The position numbers were made by a program, and so were the translations under genes. Of a DNA stretch of 64,000 nucleotides, positions 8,582 to 18,623 are shown piece by piece (position 1 is the stretch's first letter; the number at the start of each line of letters is the position of its first letter). The notes below the pieces were generated by a model, which saw nothing but the letters and a program-made list of their open reading frames with translations, was not told where the DNA came from and did not search any database. The stretch comes from Acidobacteriota bacterium (GTDB lineage Bacteria; Acidobacteriota; UBA6911), in assembly GCA_963664705.1 (NCBI GenBank), contig OY761556.1:32001-96000 (forward strand), read 5' to 3'.

Positions 8582-10347
8582 GCCGAAACCCTCCCGTTGG
8601 CACTCGCAGATCCGGATTGGGTCTCGAAAATCGTGCGATACGTCGTGTCGGATTTCAGCAGTTCGTCATGTGTGCCCATTGCAATGATGCGGCCGTCTTC
8701 CATAACCACGATTCTGTCTGCATGCCGGATTGTGTTGATCTTCTGACTGATAATGATTGCCGTACGATCTTTGAATTCTCTGTATAACGCTTCCACAATA
8801 CGTTTTTCCGTTGTCGCATCCAGAGAGGATGTGACGTCATCGAGAATGATAATATCCGGATTCGTGGCGATGGCCCGTGCAATCGCCACGCGTTGCCGCT
8901 GCCCTCCGGATAGCCCGGCGCCTCGCTCTCCGACGGACGATTCCCAGCCTTCCTCTTTTTCCGCAATAAACTCGGAAGCGCATGCAATATCGGCCGCCCG
9001 CTGCAGATCTTCCTGGCTGGCGTCAGGCGCTCCGAAGGCAACATTGTCGCGGAGCGTTCCGCTGAAGAGAACCGTTTCCTGCAATACCATGGAGACGCGG
9101 GTGCGAAGGGTATCGAAAGTCAGATCCTTTACGTCAATGCCATCGAGAAGCACGCTGCCTTCTTCGGGATCGTAAAACCTGGGGATGAGGTTGACCATGC
9201 TGGATTTGCCTGAGCCGGTTGTGCCGATGATTCCGAGATGCTCTCCCGGCCGGATCACCAGGTCGATATTGCTGAGCGCGCGCTCCCCCTCTCCGTATCG
9301 GAACGAAACATTGCGAAACTCGATCTTGCCCTGTACGGAGGGAAGACTGCGGGCCTGAGGCTTTTCCTCGATGCCGGGCTTTTCGTTGAAGAGGGCGTCG
9401 AGCCTAACCGCCGAAGCCATGGCCATGCTGACGAAATTGAGCACGAAGCCAAGCATAATGAGAGGGAACATCGCCATCATTGCATAGTTGTTGAAAGCGA
9501 TGAGTTTGCCTATCGTAAGGTTGCCGGTTGCTCCCGAAGCTATATATCCGATCAACGTTTTGCCGCCGGCCCAGATCACGATCACGGTGGCAAGCTGTGC
9601 GATCAGGAAAAACAACGGGAAAAAGAGCGACAGCTTGTACCCTACGTTCTGACTGACGTCATACAGTTTTTTGTTTCGGATGCCGAATTTCTGCCGCTCT
9701 TCCGGCTGTCTGGCAAACGCTCTGACGACTTTGGCGCCGGCCAGATTTTCCTGAAGGGTGTTGTTGATTTGGTCCAGCGCGGCTCTTGACTTCATGAAGA
9801 GAGGGCGGATGAATATGGCAACGCCGAAAAACAGAGCCAGACTCAAGGGCATGAAGATGGCCATAATGCCTGCAAGGCTGGGGTCCGTGATGTACATGGC
9901 GATGACGGTCCCGATAATCATGATGATGGACTGGACAATCATGAACACGCCCATCCTCACGAACATGCGGACCGTGTTGACATCCGAATTCAAGCGCACC
10001 ATCAGTTCGCCGGTGCGCCACCGGTCCAGGTTTTCAAAGGAGAAACTCATCACCTTCCGGTACAGAGCGTTGCGCATCTCATAGCCCATTTCCTGGGAAG
10101 ATTTGATGAGCGTATACCCGGATGCCAGGTTAAGGATCGAGGCAATCAGCGCGGTGAGAATAATGCCGGCCGCTCCCCAGATGATCGGGGAGGCGCTTAT
10201 GGTCTTAATGCCACTGTCGATGGCGTATTCAATCAGCCGCGGTTGAACTAGCCCCAGGCCGGTGGATGCGAGCAGGAGGAGAAATGAAATCGCAAGTGCA
10301 CCCACGGATTTGTTGAGAAAACGAAAGAGTCGCAGAAGAGCCAGCAT
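8578..10347 (-). CDS. ABC exporter, fused TMD-NBD (degenerate-site partner, TM287-like)
   Basis: GTTGSGKS, LSGGQRQ; non-canonical Walker B ILDD and switch ISQK. Confidence 0.93.
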   Translation of the reverse strand: MLALLRLFRFLNKSVGALAISFLLLLASTGLGLVQPRLIEYAIDSGIKTISASPIIWGAAGIILTALIASILNLASGYTLIKSSQEMGYEMRNALYRKVMSFSFENLDRWRTGELMVRLNSDVNTVRMFVRMGVFMIVQSIIMIIGTVIAMYITDPSLAGIMAIFMPLSLALFFGVAIFIRPLFMKSRAALDQINNTLQENLAGAKVVRAFARQPEERQKFGIRNKKLYDVSQNVGYKLSLFFPLFFLIAQLATVIVIWAGGKTLIGYIASGATGNLTIGKLIAFNNYAMMAMFPLIMLGFVLNFVSMAMASAVRLDALFNEKPGIEEKPQARSLPSVQGKIEFRNVSFRYGEGERALSNIDLVIRPGEHLGIIGTTGSGKSSMVNLIPRFYDPEEGSVLLDGIDVKDLTFDTLRTRVSMVLQETVLFSGTLRDNVAFGAPDASQEDLQRAADIACASEFIAEKEEGWESSVGERGAGLSGGQRQRVAIARAIATNPDIIILDDVTSSLDATTEKRIVEALYREFKDRTAIIISQKINTIRHADRIVVMEDGRIIAMGTHDELLKSDTTYRTIFETQSGSASANGRVSA

Positions 10348-10434
10348 GGACGATTCCTTCTGTCTTTGTTGGTGAAATCCGCATGATTCGCGGCGGGCTT
10401 TGAGCCTATTTGCCGGGAATCACACGACTGAGGC

Positions 10435-10818
10435 CTATATCGAGCCATCGGCTCTTTCGCCCAAAGCCAGCCGGACTATATCCCGGAGCTGCTCCGGAGT
10501 AAATGGCTTGCAGAGGCAATCAAAAGCGCCTTGTTTTTTGAGATCCCTTGTCGACTCTTCCGTGGTAAATCCCGTCATGATAACGACCGGTAAAGCGGGG
10601 TTCAGGGTACGGATTTGCGCCAGGGTATCCATTCCGCTCAGCCCCGGCATCAGCTGGTCGAGCAGAACCAAATCGATCGTCGATTTTGCGGCCGCCAGTT
10701 CCCGGAGCCCTTCGTCTCCGGTTTCCGCTCCGAGTGTGGACCATCCAGCTTTTGAAAGCGCACGCATGCATGCGAGACGCATGTGACGGTCATCGTCGAT
10801 CACAAGAACTTGGATCAT
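10435..10818 (-). CDS. Single-domain response regulator (receiver only)
   Basis: VLVIDDD, VLLDQLMPG, MTG, KPF. Confidence 0.9.
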   Translation of the reverse strand: MIQVLVIDDDRHMRLACMRALSKAGWSTLGAETGDEGLRELAAAKSTIDLVLLDQLMPGLSGMDTLAQIRTLNPALPVVIMTGFTTEESTRDLKKQGAFDCLCKPFTPEQLRDIVRLALGERADGSI

Positions 10819-10912
10819 ATAAAAAAATAACCACGAGAAGTACCGAATACGCCAGAAAAATCGTATCGCGTATCTGCCTTCTCGTGGTTTTGATTACAGG
10901 TCTACGGATCGT

Positions 10913-11836
10913 CTATGCCTGGGGCCTGGGGGACAATCCGGCAGCCTTTGCGATTTCGGCTACCTTCTGTTCCCATTCGATCGCCATGATATGCACGCCC
11001 CGGACTCCCTTGATTTCCTTGACCTGCTGGATGGTTTCCACGCAGATTTTGATTCCTTCTTCCGCCTGCTTTTCCTTTGGAACCGCTTTCAGCCGGTCAA
11101 TCAGCGCATCCGGCACATCCATGCCGGGGACGTTTTTCTTCATATGACTGGCCATGCCGGCAGATTTTAAAGGAATGACACCGGCCAGGATGGCGCACTT
11201 TTCGTGCAATCCTCGATCTCTGACCATTTCCATCCACTTGGCAAACTTCTCAACGTTGTAGATGCCCTGGGTCTGGATGAATTCGCATCCGGCCTTTACC
11301 TTTTTGCCGAGACGCATGGCGCGGATTTCAAACGGATCGCCGAAGGGATTTTCGGCTGCGCCGATGAAAAGCTCCGGTTTGCCTTTGACTTCGTCGCCGC
11401 CGAGAAACTTGCCGTCATCTCTGAGCGTTTTGACCGTGTTGATCAACTGAATCGAGTCGATATCGTACACGTTCTTTGCTCTTGGATTGTCGCCGAAGCT
11501 CTGATGATCCCCGGACAGGCAGAGGATGTTGCTGATTCCGAGTGCGGCTGCTCCCAGGATGTCGCTCTGGATGGCAATCCTGTTCCGATCGCGGCACACC
11601 ATCTGCCAGATAGGATCCAGCCCCATTTCCTTTAGAATTAAGCAGGCTGAAAGTGAACTCATTCTGACGATGGAGGTCTGGTTGTCGGTGACATTGACTG
11701 CATCCACCGCGCCTTTGAGCAGACTCCCCTTCTTCCGGATCACTTCCGGGTCCGCGCCGCGCGGCGGACCGCATTCCGATGTAACTACAAAAACACCCTT
11801 TTCCAAGAGACGCTCAATGTTCGATTTCGTCTTCAC
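10913..11836 (-). CDS. metF: 5,10-methylenetetrahydrofolate reductase large subunit
   Basis: SECGPP, VTDNQ, CRDRNRIAIQSD, LSGDH, IQTQ, GVHIM; follows metV. Confidence 0.92.
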   Translation of the reverse strand: MKTKSNIERLLEKGVFVVTSECGPPRGADPEVIRKKGSLLKGAVDAVNVTDNQTSIVRMSSLSACLILKEMGLDPIWQMVCRDRNRIAIQSDILGAAALGISNILCLSGDHQSFGDNPRAKNVYDIDSIQLINTVKTLRDDGKFLGGDEVKGKPELFIGAAENPFGDPFEIRAMRLGKKVKAGCEFIQTQGIYNVEKFAKWMEMVRDRGLHEKCAILAGVIPLKSAGMASHMKKNVPGMDVPDALIDRLKAVPKEKQAEEGIKICVETIQQVKEIKGVRGVHIMAIEWEQKVAEIAKAAGLSPRPQA

Positions 11837-11861
11837 CGTCTCAAATCCTCCATTTGCGAAT

Positions 11862-11886
11862 TGACGATTTACGATTTACGATTTTG
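11862..11886. repeat. Heptamer tandem repeat (ACGATTT)x3
   Basis: ttgacgatttacgatttacgatttt, followed by a partly complementary arm (gtaaatcg). Confidence 0.7.
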
Positions 11887-11929
11887 AACCTTCAATTGTA
11901 AATCGCGAATCCCTAATCGAAATAAATAT

Positions 11930-12601
11930 CTATCCTAATCTCAAATCTTCTCTGACTCTCTTCCGGGGTCCGCCGTCCCGCGATACTGACCAGTCTTTTA
12001 CCGTAATGATCTCTTCATATTTTTCCAGCTGGCCGAGCCCTTTCAATCTGTCCACGATAAGCTGCCAGGCGCAATCTGTTTCCTTGTTCACTTCGCATTT
12101 CCCCGTGGCGGATCCGCCGCAAGGACCGTTGAACAAACTTTTCGCGCAGCGCGCCACCGGGCAAACGCCGCCGGTCAGATGCAGGATGCACTCGCCGCAA
12201 CCCTGGCATCTTTCCGCCCACACGCCATATTCAAGGGCAACGCCGAGGAAAGTCGTGTTGATTGCGGGAAGCACGAGCTTCTTGGGAAATCTTTCGGACG
12301 TGTACTGGATTCCCGCTCCACATGCCATCGAAATGACCGCCTCGTACTCGTCAATGAAGGGCTTGATCTGGTCGATGTATTCAAAATCGCACTGGCGTTC
12401 CAGCGTAAATTCCTTAATCTCGATTTCCTGGCCGTCCTTGGCCCGGGACATCTTCAGTTCCGAGGCCAGAACTCCGACTTCCCGTTCTCCGCCGGCAGCG
12501 CAGACAGTAATGCACTCCCTACAACCCAAAAGTAGAATCTTCTTATAGGGCTTTACCATTTGCAGGATTTCTTCCAGCGACTTCCTGTTCCCTACTATCA
12601 T
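11930..12601 (-). CDS. metV: MTHFR small Fe-S/Zn subunit
   Basis: GCRECITVC, ERQC, CQGCGEC, CPVARCAKSLFNGPCGG, CAW. Confidence 0.92.
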   Translation of the reverse strand: MIVGNRKSLEEILQMVKPYKKILLLGCRECITVCAAGGEREVGVLASELKMSRAKDGQEIEIKEFTLERQCDFEYIDQIKPFIDEYEAVISMACGAGIQYTSERFPKKLVLPAINTTFLGVALEYGVWAERCQGCGECILHLTGGVCPVARCAKSLFNGPCGGSATGKCEVNKETDCAWQLIVDRLKGLGQLEKYEEIITVKDWSVSRDGGPRKRVREDLRLG

Positions 12602-12687
12602 GCTTCCTCCTAAACACGTTCACGGCTCCCCGGTTCCAGTTCCCGTTGCAACCTGAAAACGGGAAGCATGGGACGGAGAACGCGATA

Positions 12688-13158
12688 TTATGCCTTGAAT
12701 GCGTTGCGCCCTTTTTTTATGGGACTTGGCCCCAAAGCGCGAATCTTGTCCGCCATTTCATTGGCAATCGCTGCAAACCGCTGCCCCTGAGCGGAACTCA
12801 AGTTGTACATTTCCAGCCGTTCCGGTTCCAATCCAACTTCCTGTAAGAGCGTCCTGGCGTAAGCGACTCTCTTTCTTGCCCTGAGGTTGCCTTTTAGAAA
12901 ATGGCATTCTCCCTCAAGACATCCGGCAAGATACACCCCATCCATGCCGGCTTCAAACGCCTTCAGGATTGTCAGGATGTCTACTCTTCCGGTACACGGC
13001 ACTTTAATGACTTTTATGAATGTCGGGTAGTTGAGCCTCATCGAACCTGCCAGGTCCGCAGCGCTGTACGCTCAAAACTCGCAACAAAAAGCCACAATTT
13101 CCGGCTCAAATCCCGCCGGTTGCACTTTTTCCTGTACCGCCTGCTGTGTTGCTTCCAT
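12688..13158 (-). CDS. mvhD: MvhD/FlpD [2Fe-2S] subunit, probable selenoprotein (UGA at 13072-13074)
   Basis: RBS AAGGAG then ATG 13158; reads FEPEIVAFCCEF-UGA-AYSAADLAGSMR in frame with ORF 12688..13041; VPCTGR, GCLEGECHF. Confidence 0.9.
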
Positions 13159-13181
13159 CCTTTGCTCCTTAACTAAATCGT

Positions 13182-16100
13182 TTAGGCTGCTCCCGTGGGC
13201 GTGCTGGTCAGGGCATCAGCCTTAGCCCAGATCTGCGCTTCTCTGAAGTGCATCAGTTCAATGGCCAATGCCGGGCATTCAGCCATGCAGCTGCCGCAGC
13301 CTTTGCACTTTGCCACATCAATTTCGGCTTCGCCGTTGAGATTAATGACAGGGACGTCGTAGGGGCAAACCCTGACGCATGTCAGACATGCCGCGCAACG
13401 CTCGCCATCAACCACGGCCACAACTCCCCCGACCATCATCTTTTCTTTCGTAAGAATGGTGCAGGCACGCGAAGCCGCAGCGCTAGCCTGGGACAGCGTT
13501 TCGGTAATCAGTTTCGGACCGTGAGCGCCGCCCGCCAGGTACATCCCATCCGAAGGGAAGTCCACCGGGCGCAGCTTCATGTGCGCTTCCAGGAAGAATC
13601 CTTCCAGCGTACGCGGAAGCTTCAAAACGCCGGCGATATCCTCGTTGTCTCTTGCGTGCGTCGAAGCCGAGAGGACCACGAGATCCGGTTTGATTTCCAC
13701 GCGCTCGCGGATGATTTTGTCCTGGAACGACACGGTAAGCCCGTTCCCGTTCTTCTTTACTTCAGGTTTTTCTTCCTGTTCGTAGCGGACAAAGAGTACG
13801 CCCTTCTCGCGCGCTTTTGCATAGTACGGTTCGGCCAAACCATAGGTCCGAACGTCGCGATAGAGAACAGTGATTTCCGTGGCGGGATTCAGTTCTTTGA
13901 GCTTCAATGCGTTTTTGACGGCCGTGGCGCAGCAGGTTCTGCTGCAGTTCGGCCGATCCTGGTTTCTGGATCCCACGCACTGGATCATCACAACCTTTTT
14001 CGCGTTTGCGACGTCGGCGGACTTTGTGACGATCTTGTTTTCCAGTTCAAGTTGGGTTACGACCTTTGGATCTTCTCCGTAGAGAAATTCCGTTGGTTTA
14101 TGCTCATAGGCGCCGGTGGCAAGAACGATGACCCCGTGTTGAATCTTCTGGTATTCGCCATTGACCTTGACGCCGGTAGTGAAGTTGCCCTTGTTGCCGG
14201 TGGAATCCACGACCGTTGCATTCTTCATTGTGTGGATCATCGGGTGATTCATGACACGTTCGATTGTACTCTTCAGAAGGTTCTGGACATCCTGTCCGTC
14301 GAGAGTGTAGTGGAGGTTCCAGAGATTGCCTCCCAGCCGGTCCTCTTTTTCGAGCAGGTAGACTTCATATCCCTGGTCGGCGATCTTCAGAGCCGATGTC
14401 ATTCCGGCGATACCTCCGCCGACGACAATGGCCTTGTGGATCACAGGCAGCGCGGACTCGCCCAGAGGCTGAATCAAGCGCGCATTGGCTACGGCCATGC
14501 GGACAAGATCCTCCGCTTTATCCGTCGCCTCTTCCTTCTGTTTCATGTGGACCCAGGAGCACTGGTCGCGAATGTTCGCCATCTCGAACAGGTATTTGTT
14601 CAATCCGGCTTGACGCACCGTTTCCCGGAACATCGGTTCGTGAGTTCTCGGAGAGCAGGAGGCCACGATGACACGGTTCAGATTGTGTTCCTTGATGGCA
14701 TCCCGAATCTTGGCCTGCGTATCCTGCGAGCAGGTGAAGAGGTTGTCCTCGACGTGGACGACATTATCGAGAGTTCTTGCGTAATCCCGCACCTTGGGCA
14801 CGTTCACAACGCCGCCGATATTAATGCCGCAATTGCAGACAAATACCCCGATCCGTGGATCCTGGCCTTTGACTTCCAGTTCCGGCGGATATTCCTTTTT
14901 CTTTGTCATCGTCCCGCGTGCCAGGGCAAGTGGCGCACCGGCATCGGCCGCCGCTCCGCTGGCCTGGGCAACGGTCTCAGGAATGTCCTTCGGTCCCTGG
15001 TACGCGCCGCAAACATAGATGCCGTCTTTGGACGTTGAGTGTGGAGCGAAGGAGTTCGTGACGGCGAAGCCGTACTTGTCAACCTCGACGCCCAGCCGCT
15101 TGACCATGTTGATCGTGTGCTTGGCCGGCTCGAGACCGACAGAGAGAATCACCATTTCGAATTCTTCTTCAACAACCTTGCCGGCTTCGTCAATATAGCT
15201 GATCAGAAGGTTCTTGGTTTTGAAGTCTTCGCGAACCCTGGATACTGCGCACTTGACATACCGGACACCGGATTCCGTCTTCGCCCTTTCATAATAGGTT
15301 TCGAAGTTCTTTCCGTAGGCCCGGATATCCATGTAGAAGATAGTGGGCTCGATGTTGTTGTCATGTTCCTTCGCGATAATCGCTTCCTTGGTGGCATACA
15401 TGCAGCACACGGAGGAGCAATAGTCGTTGCCGCAGGAAGTGTCGCGGCTTCCCACGCATTGGATGAACGCAATCTTTTTCGGGTGCTTTCCGTCAGACAT
15501 GCGCTGAACGGTCCCGGCAAAGGGTCCGCTGGCGCTCAGGATACGTTCGAACTCGAGGCTGGTGACAACGTTAGGGTATTGTCCATAACCCAACTCGGGC
15601 CGGATGTTGCCCTCTACCGTTTTGAATCCGGGGGTAAGAACGATGGCGCCAACTTTTATATCTTCGATTTTGTCGCGATCGTCATGATTGACGGCGCCGA
15701 CGCGGCAGGCATATACGCACTGGTTGCATTCTGAGCATACGCCGCATTCGAGGCAGCGCTTTGCCGCTTCAACAACGTCATCTTCGCTGAGCGCGGCTTC
15801 CACTTCATTGAAGTCGTGTTTGCGTTCGCCAGGATTTCGTTTGCTGGGTTCGAATCGGTCAGCCGGAGATGTGATCTCAATCAGCTGCTCTTTCTGTTCC
15901 ACATCGAGAGTGGCTTCCGGCAGCCGTTCGAGAACCGGGACCGCAGGAGGCCATGCATTCGCCGCTTCACCCGCTAAATAGGCTTCGATGGCTTTTGCGG
16001 CCTTATGGCCGGCGTCAATCGCTTCGACCACCCATGTTGTGCCTGTGACCACATCGCCGCCGGCGAAAATGCCGGGAACGTTCGTGGCCAGCGTGTTTTT

Positions 16101-17666
16101 GTCGACCGCTACTCTGCCGCGCGCAGTTTCAACCTTGTTTTGGAGGAAGCTTACATCCGGTCTCTGGCTGATGGCATAGATAACCATGTCGCAGGGAACC
16201 ACGGTTTCCGTCCCCTGTTTGACGTCCATATCGAGCTTCCCGTCAACAAAGCCTCGGAAATCGACATTGACGGTCCTTACTCCGGTCACCTTGCCGTCTT
16301 TGTTTGTGATTTCCAGGAAGTTCCGGCCGGGCATCACATCGATGCCTTCATCACGGCAATCGCGGACTTCCCAGTCGTGGGCGAGCATTTTGCCTTCGCC
16401 TTCAAGACAGGTCATTCCAACCCAGCTGGCGCCGAGTCTCACGGAAGACATGGCCGCATCGACCGCTACGTTTCCGCCGCCGAGGACCAGTACCCGTTTG
16501 CCCTTTACATCAGGCGGCTTGATATCTCCGCCCCGCAGGCTGACAGCACGCAGGTAATCGGTTGCGACATGGACATCCGCCAATTCGTTCCCGGGGATTC
16601 CGGTTTTAAGTCCGACATGGGCGCCGGTCGCTACGAATACTGCGTTGTATTCGCCCAAAAGAGCTGCGGCGTCATCCACTCGGCTATTCAGCTTCAGTTC
16701 CACGCCTCTGGCAACGATCTCGTCGATTTCCTTCTGGACCAGGTCGTAGGGCAGTCGATATTCCGGTATCCCTACCCGCATCATACCGCCCGGTGCCGGC
16801 AATGCCTCAAATACCGTTACGGAGAAATTCTTGGCGATCAGGTCGTTGGCTGCCGCCATGCCGGCCGGGCCGGAGCCGATGATGGCCACTTTCTTTCCCA
16901 AACCCGTGGTGTCGGGCGATTTCTGGATTCCGGCTGCATAGGCCTTCTGAACCTCTTCCGGATGAGCAAACGCCCAATCAGTCACAAAGCGCTTCAGGTG
17001 CATGATGTTGACGGCTTCATGCCCGTTTTCTCCCCGGGAGCAGGCTGTTTCGCATTTGTGATTGCAAACGCGGCCGCAAACGGAGGGGAAGGGATTGTCT
17101 TCCTTAATGGTCCGGTATGCGTCGGCAAATCTCTTTTCACGGATCAGTGCCACATAACCCATAGCCCGTTGTTCAATCGGGCAGGCGTTCCGGCAGGGAG
17201 CTTCTCCGCGTTTTTCAATGGCATAGGCATTGGGAATTGCCTGCGGATATCTCTTATAAATGGCTTTGCGATTATTTAACTGAGCATTGAATTCGTTGGG
17301 GCGGGAGATCGGACAGGCCGTTGCGCAGTCTCCACACGCCGTACATTTATCAACATCCACGAAACGGGCGCGTTTCCGGACGCGAACGGTGAAGTTCCCG
17401 GGTTCGCCCGAAATGCTCTCGATGTCGGTGGCGGTCGATACATTAATGTTCAGGTTGCAGCCTGCCTCCACCAGCTTTGGCGAGATAACGCACATGGAGC
17501 AATCATTGGTGGGGAATGTCTTGTCAAGCTGAGCCATTACGCCGCCGATCGCGGGTGACGTCTCTACCATGTGGACGTAATAGCCTGATTCCGCCAAATC
17601 AAGGGATGCCTGAATCCCGGCAATCCCGCCGCCTACTACCATCACGGCGCCAACTTTTTCAGCCAT
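13182..17666 (-). CDS. hdrA: Large HdrA (HdrL-type): two HdrA modules with an inserted GltD/NfnB-like FAD/NAD(P) oxidoreductase domain
   Basis: GGGIAG, LDKTFPTNDCSMC, CGRVCNHKCETAC, IGSGPAG, GGGNVAVD, two IQCVGSR...CC motifs, NIRDQCSWVH, terminal ferredoxin motifs. Confidence 0.93.
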   Translation of the reverse strand: MAEKVGAVMVVGGGIAGIQASLDLAESGYYVHMVETSPAIGGVMAQLDKTFPTNDCSMCVISPKLVEAGCNLNINVSTATDIESISGEPGNFTVRVRKRARFVDVDKCTACGDCATACPISRPNEFNAQLNNRKAIYKRYPQAIPNAYAIEKRGEAPCRNACPIEQRAMGYVALIREKRFADAYRTIKEDNPFPSVCGRVCNHKCETACSRGENGHEAVNIMHLKRFVTDWAFAHPEEVQKAYAAGIQKSPDTTGLGKKVAIIGSGPAGMAAANDLIAKNFSVTVFEALPAPGGMMRVGIPEYRLPYDLVQKEIDEIVARGVELKLNSRVDDAAALLGEYNAVFVATGAHVGLKTGIPGNELADVHVATDYLRAVSLRGGDIKPPDVKGKRVLVLGGGNVAVDAAMSSVRLGASWVGMTCLEGEGKMLAHDWEVRDCRDEGIDVMPGRNFLEITNKDGKVTGVRTVNVDFRGFVDGKLDMDVKQGTETVVPCDMVIYAISQRPDVSFLQNKVETARGRVAVDKNTLATNVPGIFAGGDVVTGTTWVVEAIDAGHKAAKAIEAYLAGEAANAWPPAVPVLERLPEATLDVEQKEQLIEITSPADRFEPSKRNPGERKHDFNEVEAALSEDDVVEAAKRCLECGVCSECNQCVYACRVGAVNHDDRDKIEDIKVGAIVLTPGFKTVEGNIRPELGYGQYPNVVTSLEFERILSASGPFAGTVQRMSDGKHPKKIAFIQCVGSRDTSCGNDYCSSVCCMYATKEAIIAKEHDNNIEPTIFYMDIRAYGKNFETYYERAKTESGVRYVKCAVSRVREDFKTKNLLISYIDEAGKVVEEEFEMVILSVGLEPAKHTINMVKRLGVEVDKYGFAVTNSFAPHSTSKDGIYVCGAYQGPKDIPETVAQASGAAADAGAPLALARGTMTKKKEYPPELEVKGQDPRIGVFVCNCGINIGGVVNVPKVRDYARTLDNVVHVEDNLFTCSQDTQAKIRDAIKEHNLNRVIVASCSPRTHEPMFRETVRQAGLNKYLFEMANIRDQCSWVHMKQKEEATDKAEDLVRMAVANARLIQPLGESALPVIHKAIVVGGGIAGMTSALKIADQGYEVYLLEKEDRLGGNLWNLHYTLDGQDVQNLLKSTIERVMNHPMIHTMKNATVVDSTGNKGNFTTGVKVNGEYQKIQHGVIVLATGAYEHKPTEFLYGEDPKVVTQLELENKIVTKSADVANAKKVVMIQCVGSRNQDRPNCSRTCCATAVKNALKLKELNPATEITVLYRDVRTYGLAEPYYAKAREKGVLFVRYEQEEKPEVKKNGNGLTVSFQDKIIRERVEIKPDLVVLSASTHARDNEDIAGVLKLPRTLEGFFLEAHMKLRPVDFPSDGMYLAGGAHGPKLITETLSQASAAASRACTILTKEKMMVGGVVAVVDGERCAACLTCVRVCPYDVPVINLNGEAEIDVAKCKGCGSCMAECPALAIELMHFREAQIWAKADALTSTPTGAA

Positions 17667-17680
17667 TGTTCCTCCAGAAC

Positions 17681-17763
17681 AGTAGCCAGTACTCAGTAGT
17701 CAGTAGTCAGAAAAACCGCTTTTGTGTTTTGTTCTGGCTACTGGCTACTGGCTATTAGCTACT
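17681..17763. repeat. Inverted arrays of heptamer repeats (CAGTAGT/CAGTAGC versus CTGGCTA)
   Basis: agtagccagtactcagtagtcagtagtcagaa ... ttctggctactggctactggcta between hdrB and hdrA. Confidence 0.75.
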
Positions 17764-17771
17764 TCTCACAA

Positions 17772-18623
17772 TCACATCAAACCTTTAGCAGTCAACATCG
17801 GGGTCGGATCAACGAAATGGCGCTTAAACCATTTCCCGGCATCCTTGTGCCCCATCGCCAGTCCCATGAGTTCCGTGTAGTACAGGATAGGAAGATCAAG
17901 TTTCTTCCCGAGATCCTTCTCTACGTCTTGTTGGCGCGTGTCCAGATTCATCTGGCACATGGAGCAGCCGGCAACAACGCAGTCCGCCCCGGTCTCTTTG
18001 GCTTTGACCAGGATCTTGCCGATCAACTGCTTGAAGATATCCATGCGGGTAAACATCAGGCTAGCGCCGCAGCAATCGGTCTTGTACGACCACTGAATTG
18101 ACTCTACGCCCATTGTTTTCAACAACTTGTCCATGTGCATCGGATTTTCGTAATCCTTGATTCCGGTCAGCTTTGGGGGCCGTACGGGGAGGCAGCCGTA
18201 ATAGCAGACCGCCTTTAGTCCGGAAAGCTTCTTTACCATTCGCTTCTTGAGTTCCTCAACGGAGGGCTTGTCGCACAGGTAATCCATGGCAAAACGAATG
18301 GGGACGTTTCCCTTGTAGGGGAAGCTGACCTTCTTGCCATGTTCCTTGACTTCCATTTCCGCGCCCTTGAATCGGCTGTAGCAGCTTGCGCAAGGGACCA
18401 GAAGGTCCCGGCTGCTCTTTTCGGCGATGGCCAGATTCCTGGCGGGCATTTCGACAGCCAGTGTTTCGTCCATGCAGTGTGCCGAGGTGGCGCCGCAGCA
18501 GGTCCAGTCATCCAGCTCGTGGAGCTTGATGTCCAGCTGGCCCAGAACGCCGCGGATCGATTCGTCAAATTCTTTGGATGTGCCGTGAAGGGAGCATCCG
18601 GGGAAGTAGGAAAATTCTTTCAT
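17772..18623 (-). CDS. hdrB: Heterodisulfide reductase subunit B (two CCG domains)
   Basis: YFPGCSL, WTCCGA, PCASC, YYGC, DCCGAS, GCSMCQMNLD. Confidence 0.93.
   Translation of the reverse strand: MKEFSYFPGCSLHGTSKEFDESIRGVLGQLDIKLHELDDWTCCGATSAHCMDETLAVEMPARNLAIAEKSSRDLLVPCASCYSRFKGAEMEVKEHGKKVSFPYKGNVPIRFAMDYLCDKPSVEELKKRMVKKLSGLKAVCYYGCLPVRPPKLTGIKDYENPMHMDKLLKTMGVESIQWSYKTDCCGASLMFTRMDIFKQLIGKILVKAKETGADCVVAGCSMCQMNLDTRQQDVEKDLGKKLDLPILYYTELMGLAMGHKDAGKWFKRHFVDPTPMLTAKGLM

Noticed and set aside
12688-13158. mvhD as a nonsense pseudogene
   Set aside because: The stop is UGA exactly at a conserved Cys, followed by a SECIS-like hairpin, in an otherwise intact operon; selenocysteine is the better explanation
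13248-17279. Long + strand ORFs (596, 231 and 424 aa)
   Set aside because: Antisense shadows of hdrA in GC-rich, codon-biased DNA
17480-17520. Possible selenocysteine in the HdrA N-terminal DCSMC motif
   Set aside because: Both HdrL copies encode Cys here; no in-frame UGA
17681-17763. Short repeats as a CRISPR array
   Set aside because: 7-bp tandem units with no unique spacers, and no cas genes in the window
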